Positions 51,401 to 59,243 of a stretch of 59,243 bases of DNA are shown piece after piece; the first letter of the stretch is position 1, and every line of letters starts with the position of its first letter. Under the pieces are notes generated by a model. It made no database searches. It saw only the letters and a list, made by a program, of their open reading frames with translations, and had not been told where the DNA came from. The translations under genes and the position numbers were made by a program. The stretch lies in assembly GCA_021791245.1 (NCBI GenBank), contig JAJYWY010000012.1, positions 1 through 59,243 on the forward strand, written 5' to 3'. The stretch comes from Candidatus Micrarchaeota archaeon (GTDB lineage Archaea; Micrarchaeota; Micrarchaeia; Micrarchaeales; CABMGC01).

Positions 51401-51620
51401 TGCATCAACATTGATTCTCGTAGGAAGCAAGTACGTAAACAGCGTATCCGCGCAGGTCTTCGCACAGAACCCAAGCCTTGACTCTTCATTCGGGCCAAGC
51501 TCTGTAGTGGTTCAGGCATTCGGGACCAACAGGATTCTTGTAGCTGGATACTCTGCAAACCAGACAGTCCAGGCAGGAAACCAGTTCATACAGGACCTGC
51601 TGACTGCAGCGAGCTCGTAA
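48447..51620 (+). CDS. S-layer protein
   Basis: Signal MKSLNAKRIAALAASL, S-layer N motif QIVVGS..DGVVAANIAA, C motif LILVGSKYVN..ILVAG; many N-x-S/T sequons; strong codon bias. Confidence 0.9.
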   Translation: MKSLNAKRIAALAASLALGIAVAGPVSFSNIPIINSAGQPVVQIVVGSTAQPSDGVVAANIAAVIGNLAFTSTPVTATVQGTSGLGCAATAASCSLSNQQVYLSEKGSVTSSGSFSIKALIGSVLNGGALNYQNLANTKSLTSGSSSQYVYPEYSSSPFNITYSPTAVSVYSGIGLGATGTVTANSNGGGVSFSSLSQTSGGLSYDNIMRIGSSQLPSLMSSSGTHSESEYIWIGGFPVYNQKIGSFELVSPVEAYQVQFGNPLQVNNSKGQVQHPSFLLLGQNWTVNSYTLPSVGSEHLSTDNYTVGGKLVLAKSSTPLKTIYVGQNLTSGPFKVVLQDLSYPDSSGTSSASVGVYNNGVLTNETSIYPGNTITVNSSGTLLYVYVKTTFPGLYSYQKWADMQLYSQIYNITSGKLFNQSDPNWKAALQWTVNQTSVGGSQFAPNAELEGIVLYSNMSKATTLSPGGSINIIDNPAAWKLTFAGDSLGNPGAGNTNYDPVSFSTSATSSLVQYANAGGSDSASVTSNGFAANGEVTGALGTIGNFLPDESIPNVGNVLNDSYVSEPESLLTVSSSSGTAFSINPQDGSTSPSASTGTVNYNLDAYEYIPKNVIAQNSNSIATMPNSGMAIQLYSLSGGSSSQVLNPNWVDSSHSLTVTITGYKMGQTSKSSPQVTFNPSGGLPSASSTVGLFAGGANQILSGWLFNNVTDIKLSEALPSPGVQVNVYETSNVLSDNGMNSQNSILMGELIYRGPTINYMVNQYPYQIATTATSANVLYSVGTESNMHFQLYTSSIPSDTAQRATYFTYNVPEVTEPSQTSSAGANITFDITNQSTLTTGYWLNQTNGNGNSVNYYGSGATSTQAQQGFRTERGSEIGSISTTGLTLDLAESVDTLQFFVGPQSSTVSSSVATYGPYKVGQATNIANVSIASVNASCALASTPSSCSVSGVANLTAVPSVTQAVTPVKLDTSTTPLAVLDSNANNASTLILVGSKYVNSVSAQVFAQNPSLDSSFGPSSVVVQAFGTNRILVAGYSANQTVQAGNQFIQDLLTAASS

Positions 51621-51638
51621 GCGTAAGAGCGTTTCGAT

Positions 51639-51680
51639 AAAGCCTTTTTGAAAGGCTTTTTTCTTTCTTTTGTTTTTAAC
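51639..51680 (+). terminator. Hairpin plus T-tract terminator of the S-layer gene
   Basis: AAAGCCTTT-ttg-AAAGGCTTT followed by a long T-rich run. Confidence 0.7.
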
Positions 51681-51777
51681 TTTCTCTTCCTTTTTTATTC
51701 ATATCCTTCAGCTATGCAGCGTCAGGATATTATATATATGCTGCATAATATATTGGAAAAACCAGAGGATTCTTTGA

Positions 51778-52509
51778 ATGCCATTACATATAAAAGCGGA
51801 TAAAAGCGACATATCTGACAAGGTCATACTTGTGGGAGACCAGGGAAGGGCTGAGTTCCTTTCGCATCTGCTAAGGGATCCAAAGCTTGTAAGCAGCAAC
51901 AGGGGCCTTCTTGTATATACTGGAGAATGCAAATGCTCTATCTGGAGGTCCCACGCTGCAAAGAGCGTAACAATAGCTACAAGCGGAATGGGCCAGCCGT
52001 CAATGGCAATAGTTGCAGAAGAGCTGCACATGCTCGGAGCAAAAAAGATAGTAAGGTTTGGAACATGCGGCGCAATCTCAAGGAATGTAAAGATAGGGGA
52101 CTACATAATTGCAACGCATGCATCGTTCACAGATGGGGGAATACATTCGCAGTACCCGGAAGGGCTTCTTCCAGTAGCCAGCCATGGCCTATCCAGCAAA
52201 ATATGGGAATCAATGAAATCGATGAACGCATCAGGGATTAAGGTGCATGCAGGAAAGATATTTACAAGCGATGCATTCTATGCCGAAGACGATGCATTCA
52301 GGCAGGCAAGGGAAGACGAGGGCAACATTGCTGCTGACATGGAGACTGCGATATTATTCAAGATAGCAAGGATGAGGATGTTCAGCGCAGCATGCGTGGC
52401 AGTAGCTGTAAATGAAGTGCAGGACAAGAGCGCATTCCTATCTGCTGATGCTCTTGCGGAGAGGATACGTGCAGGAGCAGAAGCGATACTCTCTGCATTA
52501 ACAAAATGA
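51778..52509 (+). CDS. deoD: Purine nucleoside phosphorylase (DeoD type)
   Basis: PLHI, GDQGRA, SNRG, GMGQPS, RFGTCGA, SDAFY, DMETA. Confidence 0.9.
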   Translation: MPLHIKADKSDISDKVILVGDQGRAEFLSHLLRDPKLVSSNRGLLVYTGECKCSIWRSHAAKSVTIATSGMGQPSMAIVAEELHMLGAKKIVRFGTCGAISRNVKIGDYIIATHASFTDGGIHSQYPEGLLPVASHGLSSKIWESMKSMNASGIKVHAGKIFTSDAFYAEDDAFRQAREDEGNIAADMETAILFKIARMRMFSAACVAVAVNEVQDKSAFLSADALAERIRAGAEAILSALTK

Positions 52510-52610
52510 ATTTAGATATTGGGTGTAAAACCCTTTCCCTTGCTTCCAGTGCCTTCAATTCCGCATCTAGTGAGATTTATAAGCTTTCACAATATAATTT
52601 ATCTGATTGC

Positions 52611-54710
52611 ATGAGAATCCAAGCGCTGTGCATTATATTGTCGTCGTTAATTCTTATAACTGCGCTTAATGCGTCTTCCAGCATAAGCACATCCCTAATA
52701 AGGTACAATGTATCGCAGTCTATAGTGAACTCGCTGAAATACGTTAACGTCACAGCCAATGGCCTCAATTATACGATACTGTATTACAACAACGCGCCTT
52801 ATCTGGTGGTAAACGATTCCAGCAGCTACTCATTCGTATTTAACACATCCACAATCTTCTCTGTTATAAAGAACTACACATTGCATCAGAGCATCTCGTC
52901 CATCAACTTCACGTCGCTTGCCGCCAACCTGCAACAGTTCCAGGATTCCTCTGCATCGTCTTACAATGACTGCCTTACGGAGACGGGGCTAAATGCAGGG
53001 AGTACATGCACGCTCTCTAACAACTGCCAGAGCTGCCAGTCAACACCCGTATGCAACAAGGCGCTGTACGAATCCGGAGGCTTTGCCGAGGCAAACGGGC
53101 AATATGTAACGAAATATGCGACACAAGGCGGGGTCACGCTGACGAATCCTTTTGCCCAGGGCATACTCGAATTAAGCGTCAACAGAACGCAGCTTACCAA
53201 CAATTATACGGCATTTTATTCAAGTATACAAAAGATAAATGCGAGCAATGCAGCTGCCTATCTGCCAATTTTGGTAAACAGCATAGACAACATATCATCA
53301 ATAACCCATGATTTGTATACGAATCCCCTGTTCCCAGAGCTCTCAAACGTGACAAATTCCGAGCTCTCTACATGCATAACATATGTGCCGCAGTATACGG
53401 CGCCATGGTACTGCCAGATGTCGGGATTCTGCGAAAACCTTAATTATAATTTCTCTATGCTCTCTGCAATACAGCTGCAGCTGGCAAAGATTAGCACCAT
53501 TCCTATAACAAATGCCCAGATACTGGGAGTTGCGACGTCTGTGCAGCATAATACCCTGCAGACGGTTTATCCATACGTTGCAAGGGAAAGATATGCTGCC
53601 CTGCAGAATAAGACCTCGGCAGAGATAGCCTCATATTCTCTTCTTCTTAACCAGTCTAACTCGCTGCTGCTAAAGACATCAAATTCTTCGCTTTCGCTTT
53701 CCGTATCCGCACTGAAATCATACTACACGTATATGCAGGACAACTACCTGTCGCTCAATATAAGCGCACTTGCGCATAATTTCTCAATCGATCTTAGCAA
53801 GGCCCAATCTGCGTATATGCAGGCCAATGCAACATACAACTCAATGCTGAACCTATCTGCCCAGAACGACAAACTTCTTCTTCTGGCGCAACTGAACGGA
53901 ATGCAGGAAAGCTCCCTGGCCAATCTCTCCTTCCAGGAGCTTTCCCTTGACAACCAGATGCAGACTCACGTATCAAACACGATATATGCAGACCGCCAGC
54001 TAAGCCTCATAAACAATCTGGCGAAATCGGAATACCAGTCAAGCAAAACCCTCTTTTCGCTCAATGGCATATCAAGGGCCATAGGCGCGCCATTTGCGAT
54101 GCTTATACTGCCAATGATAAGCTCGGATTACGGAAATAATGTTGCGTCTGCTCCCCTGGCGGCTGCGCTCCTTGCAATCATAATTTCCATAGTAATACTT
54201 CTTGCCGTACTGCTGTGGCACAGGAGCCTCGCCAAAAAAGGCAAGCTTAGGGCAAGCGCAAGAACGCATAGCAACTGGATGAAACTCTTTGTAATAATCG
54301 GGCTTGCGCTCCTGCTATACATAATGCTCGCATATATTGCATCTTCGCAGGCATCTTCAGGCATACGCGGCGACTCCTTTAAGAGCATAATAAGTTCTTC
54401 GCCAAGCATTGCAATAATAACAAACGGCACATCCCAGGGCATAACAGCATGTGCAAATACGCTTAACCAGACTCTGAAGGGAAAGCATATCGACAGGATA
54501 AGCATAGTGAATGGGTTCTGCACAGGAGTAATAGCTGGAAACCTCAGCGACTGCCTTGAGAATTACGCGAAGCAAAACGAACCAGTTATATATTTTTCCT
54601 CTGCACAGAATAATTCTATAACGATGTATTCGTATTTCGGCACGCTTATGGACGTAGAAGGGAGCCCTGCATTCATGTTCAGGTGCTATCCCGCGTCTAT
54701 ATTAAGCTGA
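52611..54710 (+). CDS. Large Cys- and sequon-rich membrane-anchored surface protein
   Basis: Signal peptide, Cys clusters, coiled region, two TMs around a basic loop, C-terminal 4-Cys domain. Start 52611 inferred. Confidence 0.75.
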   Translation: MRIQALCIILSSLILITALNASSSISTSLIRYNVSQSIVNSLKYVNVTANGLNYTILYYNNAPYLVVNDSSSYSFVFNTSTIFSVIKNYTLHQSISSINFTSLAANLQQFQDSSASSYNDCLTETGLNAGSTCTLSNNCQSCQSTPVCNKALYESGGFAEANGQYVTKYATQGGVTLTNPFAQGILELSVNRTQLTNNYTAFYSSIQKINASNAAAYLPILVNSIDNISSITHDLYTNPLFPELSNVTNSELSTCITYVPQYTAPWYCQMSGFCENLNYNFSMLSAIQLQLAKISTIPITNAQILGVATSVQHNTLQTVYPYVARERYAALQNKTSAEIASYSLLLNQSNSLLLKTSNSSLSLSVSALKSYYTYMQDNYLSLNISALAHNFSIDLSKAQSAYMQANATYNSMLNLSAQNDKLLLLAQLNGMQESSLANLSFQELSLDNQMQTHVSNTIYADRQLSLINNLAKSEYQSSKTLFSLNGISRAIGAPFAMLILPMISSDYGNNVASAPLAAALLAIIISIVILLAVLLWHRSLAKKGKLRASARTHSNWMKLFVIIGLALLLYIMLAYIASSQASSGIRGDSFKSIISSSPSIAIITNGTSQGITACANTLNQTLKGKHIDRISIVNGFCTGVIAGNLSDCLENYAKQNEPVIYFSSAQNNSITMYSYFGTLMDVEGSPAFMFRCYPASILS

Positions 54711-54720
54711 AGGTGTTATC

Positions 54721-55260
54721 ATGGCATCATCAAAAAAAGAAACGACATCAAGAAAACATGACAGCGCAAAAGGATCGGATAAGAAGAATCAGCTTCTGCC
54801 TGCGCTTGCAGTTGTAGTTGTAATAATAATAGTTGCTGCCGTAGCTTATGAGGCATATTCAAATTATACATATGTCAATTTCAACACGTTTAAGGCAAAT
54901 TTCGATTCCGCAACGCGCGTGGCCATAGCAATTACTTACCAGAATACTTCCAACCTGCCGCTTCTCATACCATGCACAGACATGCTTGTCCAGGTAATAG
55001 CTCATTCAAGGAATGCAAGCACCATAGATTTCTTCATACTTAACAAGACTTCGTGCGCATATTCGCCTACCGGCCTTGGCCATGCAATCAACATATCCAC
55101 AAAGAGCGCGTCATCGTGCCTTAGCGTTGCGGATTCAGAGCCAAGCGTGTTCCTGAATGCAAGCCAGAGCAACAGCACAGTAATACTTCCATACCATTTC
55201 TACCAGAATGCAGACCCTTCATATCTCTCCAAGTGCGCAATAGCCGCAGAATTCGGCTAA
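54721..55260 (+). CDS. Single-TM exported protein resembling the C-terminal domain of the upstream gene
   Basis: Basic N-terminus, TM helix, 4-Cys domain. Confidence 0.75.
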   Translation: MASSKKETTSRKHDSAKGSDKKNQLLPALAVVVVIIIVAAVAYEAYSNYTYVNFNTFKANFDSATRVAIAITYQNTSNLPLLIPCTDMLVQVIAHSRNASTIDFFILNKTSCAYSPTGLGHAINISTKSASSCLSVADSEPSVFLNASQSNSTVILPYHFYQNADPSYLSKCAIAAEFG

Positions 55261-55551
55261 ATCCTATTGGAAACAAACGTATTGCAGCCCTGCAACGCTT
55301 TTGCATCGAATCCAGATATGGGATCTCAGGTATATTCCCAATCGGGTATCAAGCATCTTCAAAATAGCCTGCGGCAAAACCGGGATTTGATAATGCACCC
55401 CCCCTAGAAAGCGATAGCCAAGCCTGCCGGAATGCTGCTCAATATCCTGCGATTATGGTTGCGTAGTCATCTATCCGTCAAGCTGCGCTGGCTTTACAAA
55501 CAAAATAACGGAATAACATAGGGCAAAAATGCAAAGTCTCCGAAATATTAT

Positions 55552-56509
55552 AAATTCATAGCGGAAAAAACTCCTATCTTTTAAATAGGAGATGAAAGCG
55601 AAGAATGTGGAAAAAGTATATAAATTTTAATAGTATAATAGATATGGTCGTCATGAAAACTGCATATAAGTATCGTGCATATCCTTCAAAGGAACAGAAG
55701 GCAACACTCAATCGGCAGATGCTCCTTTCAAAGGAACTCTATAATCTGCTTCTCGAAAAGTCAAAGGCATACTATAAGGAAACAGGTAAAACCCTGACAG
55801 AATACAGAATGAATGTCTGGATTACGCAAACAAAAAAGGAAAAACCAGAATTTACCGAACTGCACTCGCAGGTTCTCCAGAATGTCTCAAGAAAGAGAAA
55901 AGGCTCTCGCAATAGAAAGAAGGCGGTAATAAGATTCTCAAGATACTCGGAGCACATTGCAAGAATAAGGCAGGATTACCTTCACAAACTTTCATACAAT
56001 CTTACCCACTCATATTCGTTAATCGCATACGAGGATTTAGAAATACCGAACATGGTGAAAAACCGAAGATATGCAAAGTCAATAAGCGAATCTTCTTGGG
56101 GGAACTTTACTCAAATGCTACAATACAAGGCTGAAAGTGCTGGTTGCGTAGCGGTTGTGGTAAACCCCCAATATACCACAATGACTTGCGGCAATTGTGG
56201 AAATGTGCAGAAAGTGTCAATATCGCAAAGGACATTCATCTGCGAGAAGTGTGGTATGAGAAAGGACAGGGATATAAATGCAAGCATAAACATACTCGAT
56301 AGAGCTTTGAACTCTGCGAGTTCAAATTTTGACAGCAAAACTGTCAAAGCTACCGAAGGACATTCGGGAAGTCAAGCCTGTGGAGACGACGTAAGACCTT
56401 CCGCAAGGAAGGCGGTTGCCGAAGAAGCAGGAACTATATGGGTGGCAGCATGACGACCAATCATAGCCACTCTGAAAACTCCCAACCTTTAGCTGGGAGA
56501 GGATGTCAC
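55552..56509 (+). mobile_element. IS200/IS605-family (IS1341-like, tnpB-only) element with an internal deletion
   Basis: Left hairpin CTCCTAT..ATAGGAG, right hairpin CTCCC..GGGAG then AGGATGTCAC; preceded by TTAT; no tnpA. Confidence 0.9.
55644..56453 (+). pseudogene. tnpB: TnpB with an in-frame internal deletion (RuvC-I missing)
   Basis: KTAYKYRAYP..LYN..LHSQVLQNVS jumps directly to RKRKGSRNRKKA. EDL, CxxC-CxxC and DRDINAS are retained; no GIDxG motif. Confidence 0.85.
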
Positions 56510-56544
56510 TAATATTTTGAGGCAAGTATACGAAACGCATGCAT

Positions 56545-56616
56545 GGGCCTGTGGTCTAGTGGTACGACGTTTCCTTCACACGGAAAAGATCCGGAGTTCG
56601 ATTCTCCGCGGGCCCA
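56545..56616 (+). tRNA. tRNA-Val(CAC)
   Basis: GGGCCTG/CGGGCCC acceptor, TTTCC-TTCACAC-GGAAA anticodon arm, CGGAG-TTCGATT-CTCCG T arm. Confidence 0.96.
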
Positions 56617-56697
56617 TTGAGCGAGTTGCCAATGTAGCCTTAATGCCAATCGCCAAAAACACGAATCCTTTAATTGTTTGCCCAAGATATAACTAGC

Positions 56698-57009
56698 ATG
56701 AAACATAAGGATCTGGTTAGAGTAACCAGAATAAAGAAAACGCTCGACAAACTGGCTTATTTGTCGGTTGCACTAGATCTCTTGGTTACGCTTTTTTCTT
56801 TTATACTAGTAAAAACATCCTCTGCAGCAGCACAAACCATACTCCTCTATGTAGACTATGCCCTTTCTGCAGAGATGCTCATAATAGTGTTTCTTTTTGT
56901 GGTGATGCTTCTTATATCGTATTACGACAGGATATTAGACCCATTCACATTAAAGCATTGGAAGGGCTATATTAACCGCAATAAAAATGCAGGGAAAAAT
57001 AAAAGATAA
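56698..57009 (+). CDS. Small 2-TM membrane protein
   Basis: ATG 56698, two hydrophobic helices, basic tail. Confidence 0.65.
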   Translation: MKHKDLVRVTRIKKTLDKLAYLSVALDLLVTLFSFILVKTSSAAAQTILLYVDYALSAEMLIIVFLFVVMLLISYYDRILDPFTLKHWKGYINRNKNAGKNKR

Positions 57010-57236
57010 ATGCAGGGAAGCGGATAAATGCATGGCATTTACAAAATTACGGAGGAAAGCGGCATACCATTCGGATTTCATCATTTGCCTTGGCAATAGC
57101 AGATAAGGAATAATACAAGCGGATATCCAGGCCATTATCTATTTTTGCCATTCTAATGGGAAAAAGGAGAAAACTTCGAAAAATGCGCCTGGGATAAAGT
57201 ATTTAATCTATCATTTCTATAGTATAATGTGGGATT

Positions 57237-57857
57237 ATGGCATTTGTAGACATACTGACGAGCCAGCTCTTCGTTTTGGGGTTCATGGGTTTGATTCTAG
57301 TCTACGTAACTGTTGACAGCTATTTATCATACAGGAAGGACAAGAAAGGGTCTGATTTCAAGATAAGCGCTTACTCCGGATTTGTCGTACTGGCGTTCCT
57401 GGGGGCATATGCACTGATAACCGGGCTCTATGGTCAACTGACATGGCCGCTTCCTGGAAGCTACAACATACTCTTCTATGATGTTTATACAATGATAGGA
57501 TTGCTCATGATTGCAGCATACTTTTCGATCAAGGCTGGAGCGAAGCTACAATATGTTGGCTTTCTGGCGTTCCTGCTGGGATTAATGGTAATATTATATG
57601 GGTTATCGGGATACGCACAGGGCCTTACACAGGAGCCTATCGTACTCCTTCTTCTCTACATAGCATACGGCGGTGCAGGTATGCTGAGCTGGCCTGTTAC
57701 TGCGATAGTGGACAGGGCCATAAAAGGAACAAAGAACACCTGGCCAGGATGGAAGTATGTAATAGCACTTTTCGCATTTGCGCTTTTTTGCGGGAGCATG
57801 CTCGCATTGGTAACTGCAAGCATAGCTGTGCCTGCACATCTCGCTTCTCCGCCATGA
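57237..57857 (+). CDS. DUF981-like membrane protein
   Basis: FVDILT, TWPLPGSYNILFYD, terminal PAHL; 5-6 TMs. Confidence 0.8.
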   Translation: MAFVDILTSQLFVLGFMGLILVYVTVDSYLSYRKDKKGSDFKISAYSGFVVLAFLGAYALITGLYGQLTWPLPGSYNILFYDVYTMIGLLMIAAYFSIKAGAKLQYVGFLAFLLGLMVILYGLSGYAQGLTQEPIVLLLLYIAYGGAGMLSWPVTAIVDRAIKGTKNTWPGWKYVIALFAFALFCGSMLALVTASIAVPAHLASPP

Positions 57858-57891
57858 ACAAAGAATAGAAAATTAAGACGTTTAATCACGT

Positions 57892-58935
57892 CTACTTTAG
57901 CTTTGTTCTCATCATGGTAAACTTGTTTACGATTTCATCCATGCCAAGATTCGCAAAAACATTTACAGCTTCGTCGATCTCGTCTTTTGCAGGGACGTTC
58001 AATCCATCCTTTATGTACTCCTTTATTTTTTTCGCATAAATCTCTTCGAGCTTCTTTGTTGCGAATGATGCCTTATTCCTATCCTCTGCATATATATATG
58101 CAAGCACCGCGTTGCTGTAGTCGCTTATCCTGTCCTTTTCACTCTCACCGAGGAGCTTTCCGCCGGCCTTCATATATTCATCGCCAGCCCGCGTGAACAG
58201 CATAGTAGCCCTATCGTCTTTGATGCTGCTGCAGATTTTAGCCGCTGTCAAAAACTCGCATGCTGCCTCATAATGGTTCATTAATATCGAGTTCCTTTTT
58301 CCTGCACCTATATGTTTCTCTACGTCTTTTGCCGCTTCCTCATCCAGATCGTTCCTGCCCTGCGAAATTGCCTCATGCAGCGCATTCTCCTTGGCCAAAT
58401 ATGAATGGATCTCCCTTATCCTGAACTTTCCCAAGATTCCCTTGTCCAGGTCCATCTTCCTGCCAAATTCCTCTTTCTCCTCCTTTGCTTTATCCTCTTC
58501 TGTAAACGCCTCCTCTGCTGCACCTTTCATCATACCTGCAACGATATTTCCTATAAGCATTCCCTTCTTTTCCTCTTTATAAAGCTCAACAACATTTCTT
58601 CCCGTATCCGCTCTCAATTTGCCGATTTCTTTTTTCCTTGCATCGTCTGGGGGCAATTTGTCTAGCATTTCTTCCGCCTTTTTGTACCAAAGCCCGGCAG
58701 CACGATTCCCCTCCTTTCTTAACGTATCCCCATATTCCTTCGCAAGTGCGTATATCCTTTCGTATTGCTCCGATGCTCTTTCATTCATTCCCATTCCTAT
58801 GAACTGCCTAAGTACCTCCTCCCTAATCTTTATCGCTTTCTCTATATTGCCCACCGATTCCTCCTTCCCGGCGTCTTTCAGTTTCTTGTCTAAGTCGTTG
58901 AGCGCCTTCTTCAGTATCTTGTCCGAATTTGCCAT
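57892..58935 (-). CDS. Hypothetical charged alpha-solenoid (SNAP/TPR-like) protein
   Basis: Repeating A-x-x-x-Y/F-x-x-A helices; K/E rich. Confidence 0.7.
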   Translation of the reverse strand: MANSDKILKKALNDLDKKLKDAGKEESVGNIEKAIKIREEVLRQFIGMGMNERASEQYERIYALAKEYGDTLRKEGNRAAGLWYKKAEEMLDKLPPDDARKKEIGKLRADTGRNVVELYKEEKKGMLIGNIVAGMMKGAAEEAFTEEDKAKEEKEEFGRKMDLDKGILGKFRIREIHSYLAKENALHEAISQGRNDLDEEAAKDVEKHIGAGKRNSILMNHYEAACEFLTAAKICSSIKDDRATMLFTRAGDEYMKAGGKLLGESEKDRISDYSNAVLAYIYAEDRNKASFATKKLEEIYAKKIKEYIKDGLNVPAKDEIDEAVNVFANLGMDEIVNKFTMMRTKLK

Positions 58936-59243
58936 GGTTAATACTGCAAACAATAAATTTAAATGCTATTAAGTAGCGTCCAAATGTTTTGACAAAATGC
59001 CAAAGGCTTGGACTTTTAGCGGCCTATGCCGAATGCGACAGGACAATAGCGTTTCATTTTTCTCTCTGATACTCCATGTTTGTACTTGGTCGGAAGCGTG
59101 TCGCCCGCATGAATCGGGCCGCAGTTTCGCTAGATGTAACCTTCTACCAGGCAAAATAGTCCTCTTGGGATGACCTTCCGCATAATTTTTATGCGAAAAG
59201 ACAGAACAAAATCCTCTGATGGTAGAAATGTATATATTTTAAA

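Noticed and set aside
55261-55547. Unannotated ~290-bp spacer as a possible ncRNA or pseudogene
   Set aside because: No convincing structure, ORF or similarity visible by eye.
58969-59243. 61-aa ORF and terminal spacer
   Set aside because: No motif or recognisable RNA fold; context cut off by the window end.

Overview
Archaeal chromosomal window. Its gene content, stand-alone 23S rRNA, S-layer type and BHB-intron tRNAs point to a DPANN archaeon, most likely Micrarchaeota (ARMAN-like); this assignment is inferred. Core content: an unlinked 23S rRNA gene; six tRNAs, three of them intron-containing; the rpoD-tRNA-Leu-rpl18e-rpl13-rps9-rpoN-tRNA-Pro-rps2 cluster; secE, pyrG, psmB-aCPSF1, aspS/tyrS and thiI; nucleoside and amino-sugar salvage genes; glycosylation and flippase genes; two ABC systems; a RavA/ViaA-like pair; and an S-layer gene. 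Mobile DNA comprises three IS200/IS605 pieces: a TnpB copy with an in-frame deletion, a 298-bp omegaRNA-only derivative of the same element, and a right end at the window start. The most striking observations concern translation. The syntenic tRNA-Pro has an A34 (AGG) anticodon and two T-arm introns. The 23S peptidyl-transferase centre deviates at near-universal positions, including a P-loop one G short. Also notable are a candidate GH73/lysozyme-fold cell-wall hydrolase about 5 kb from nagA and a degenerate nicotinamidase-APH-kinase fusion. All calls are by-eye motif recognition; no searches were run.
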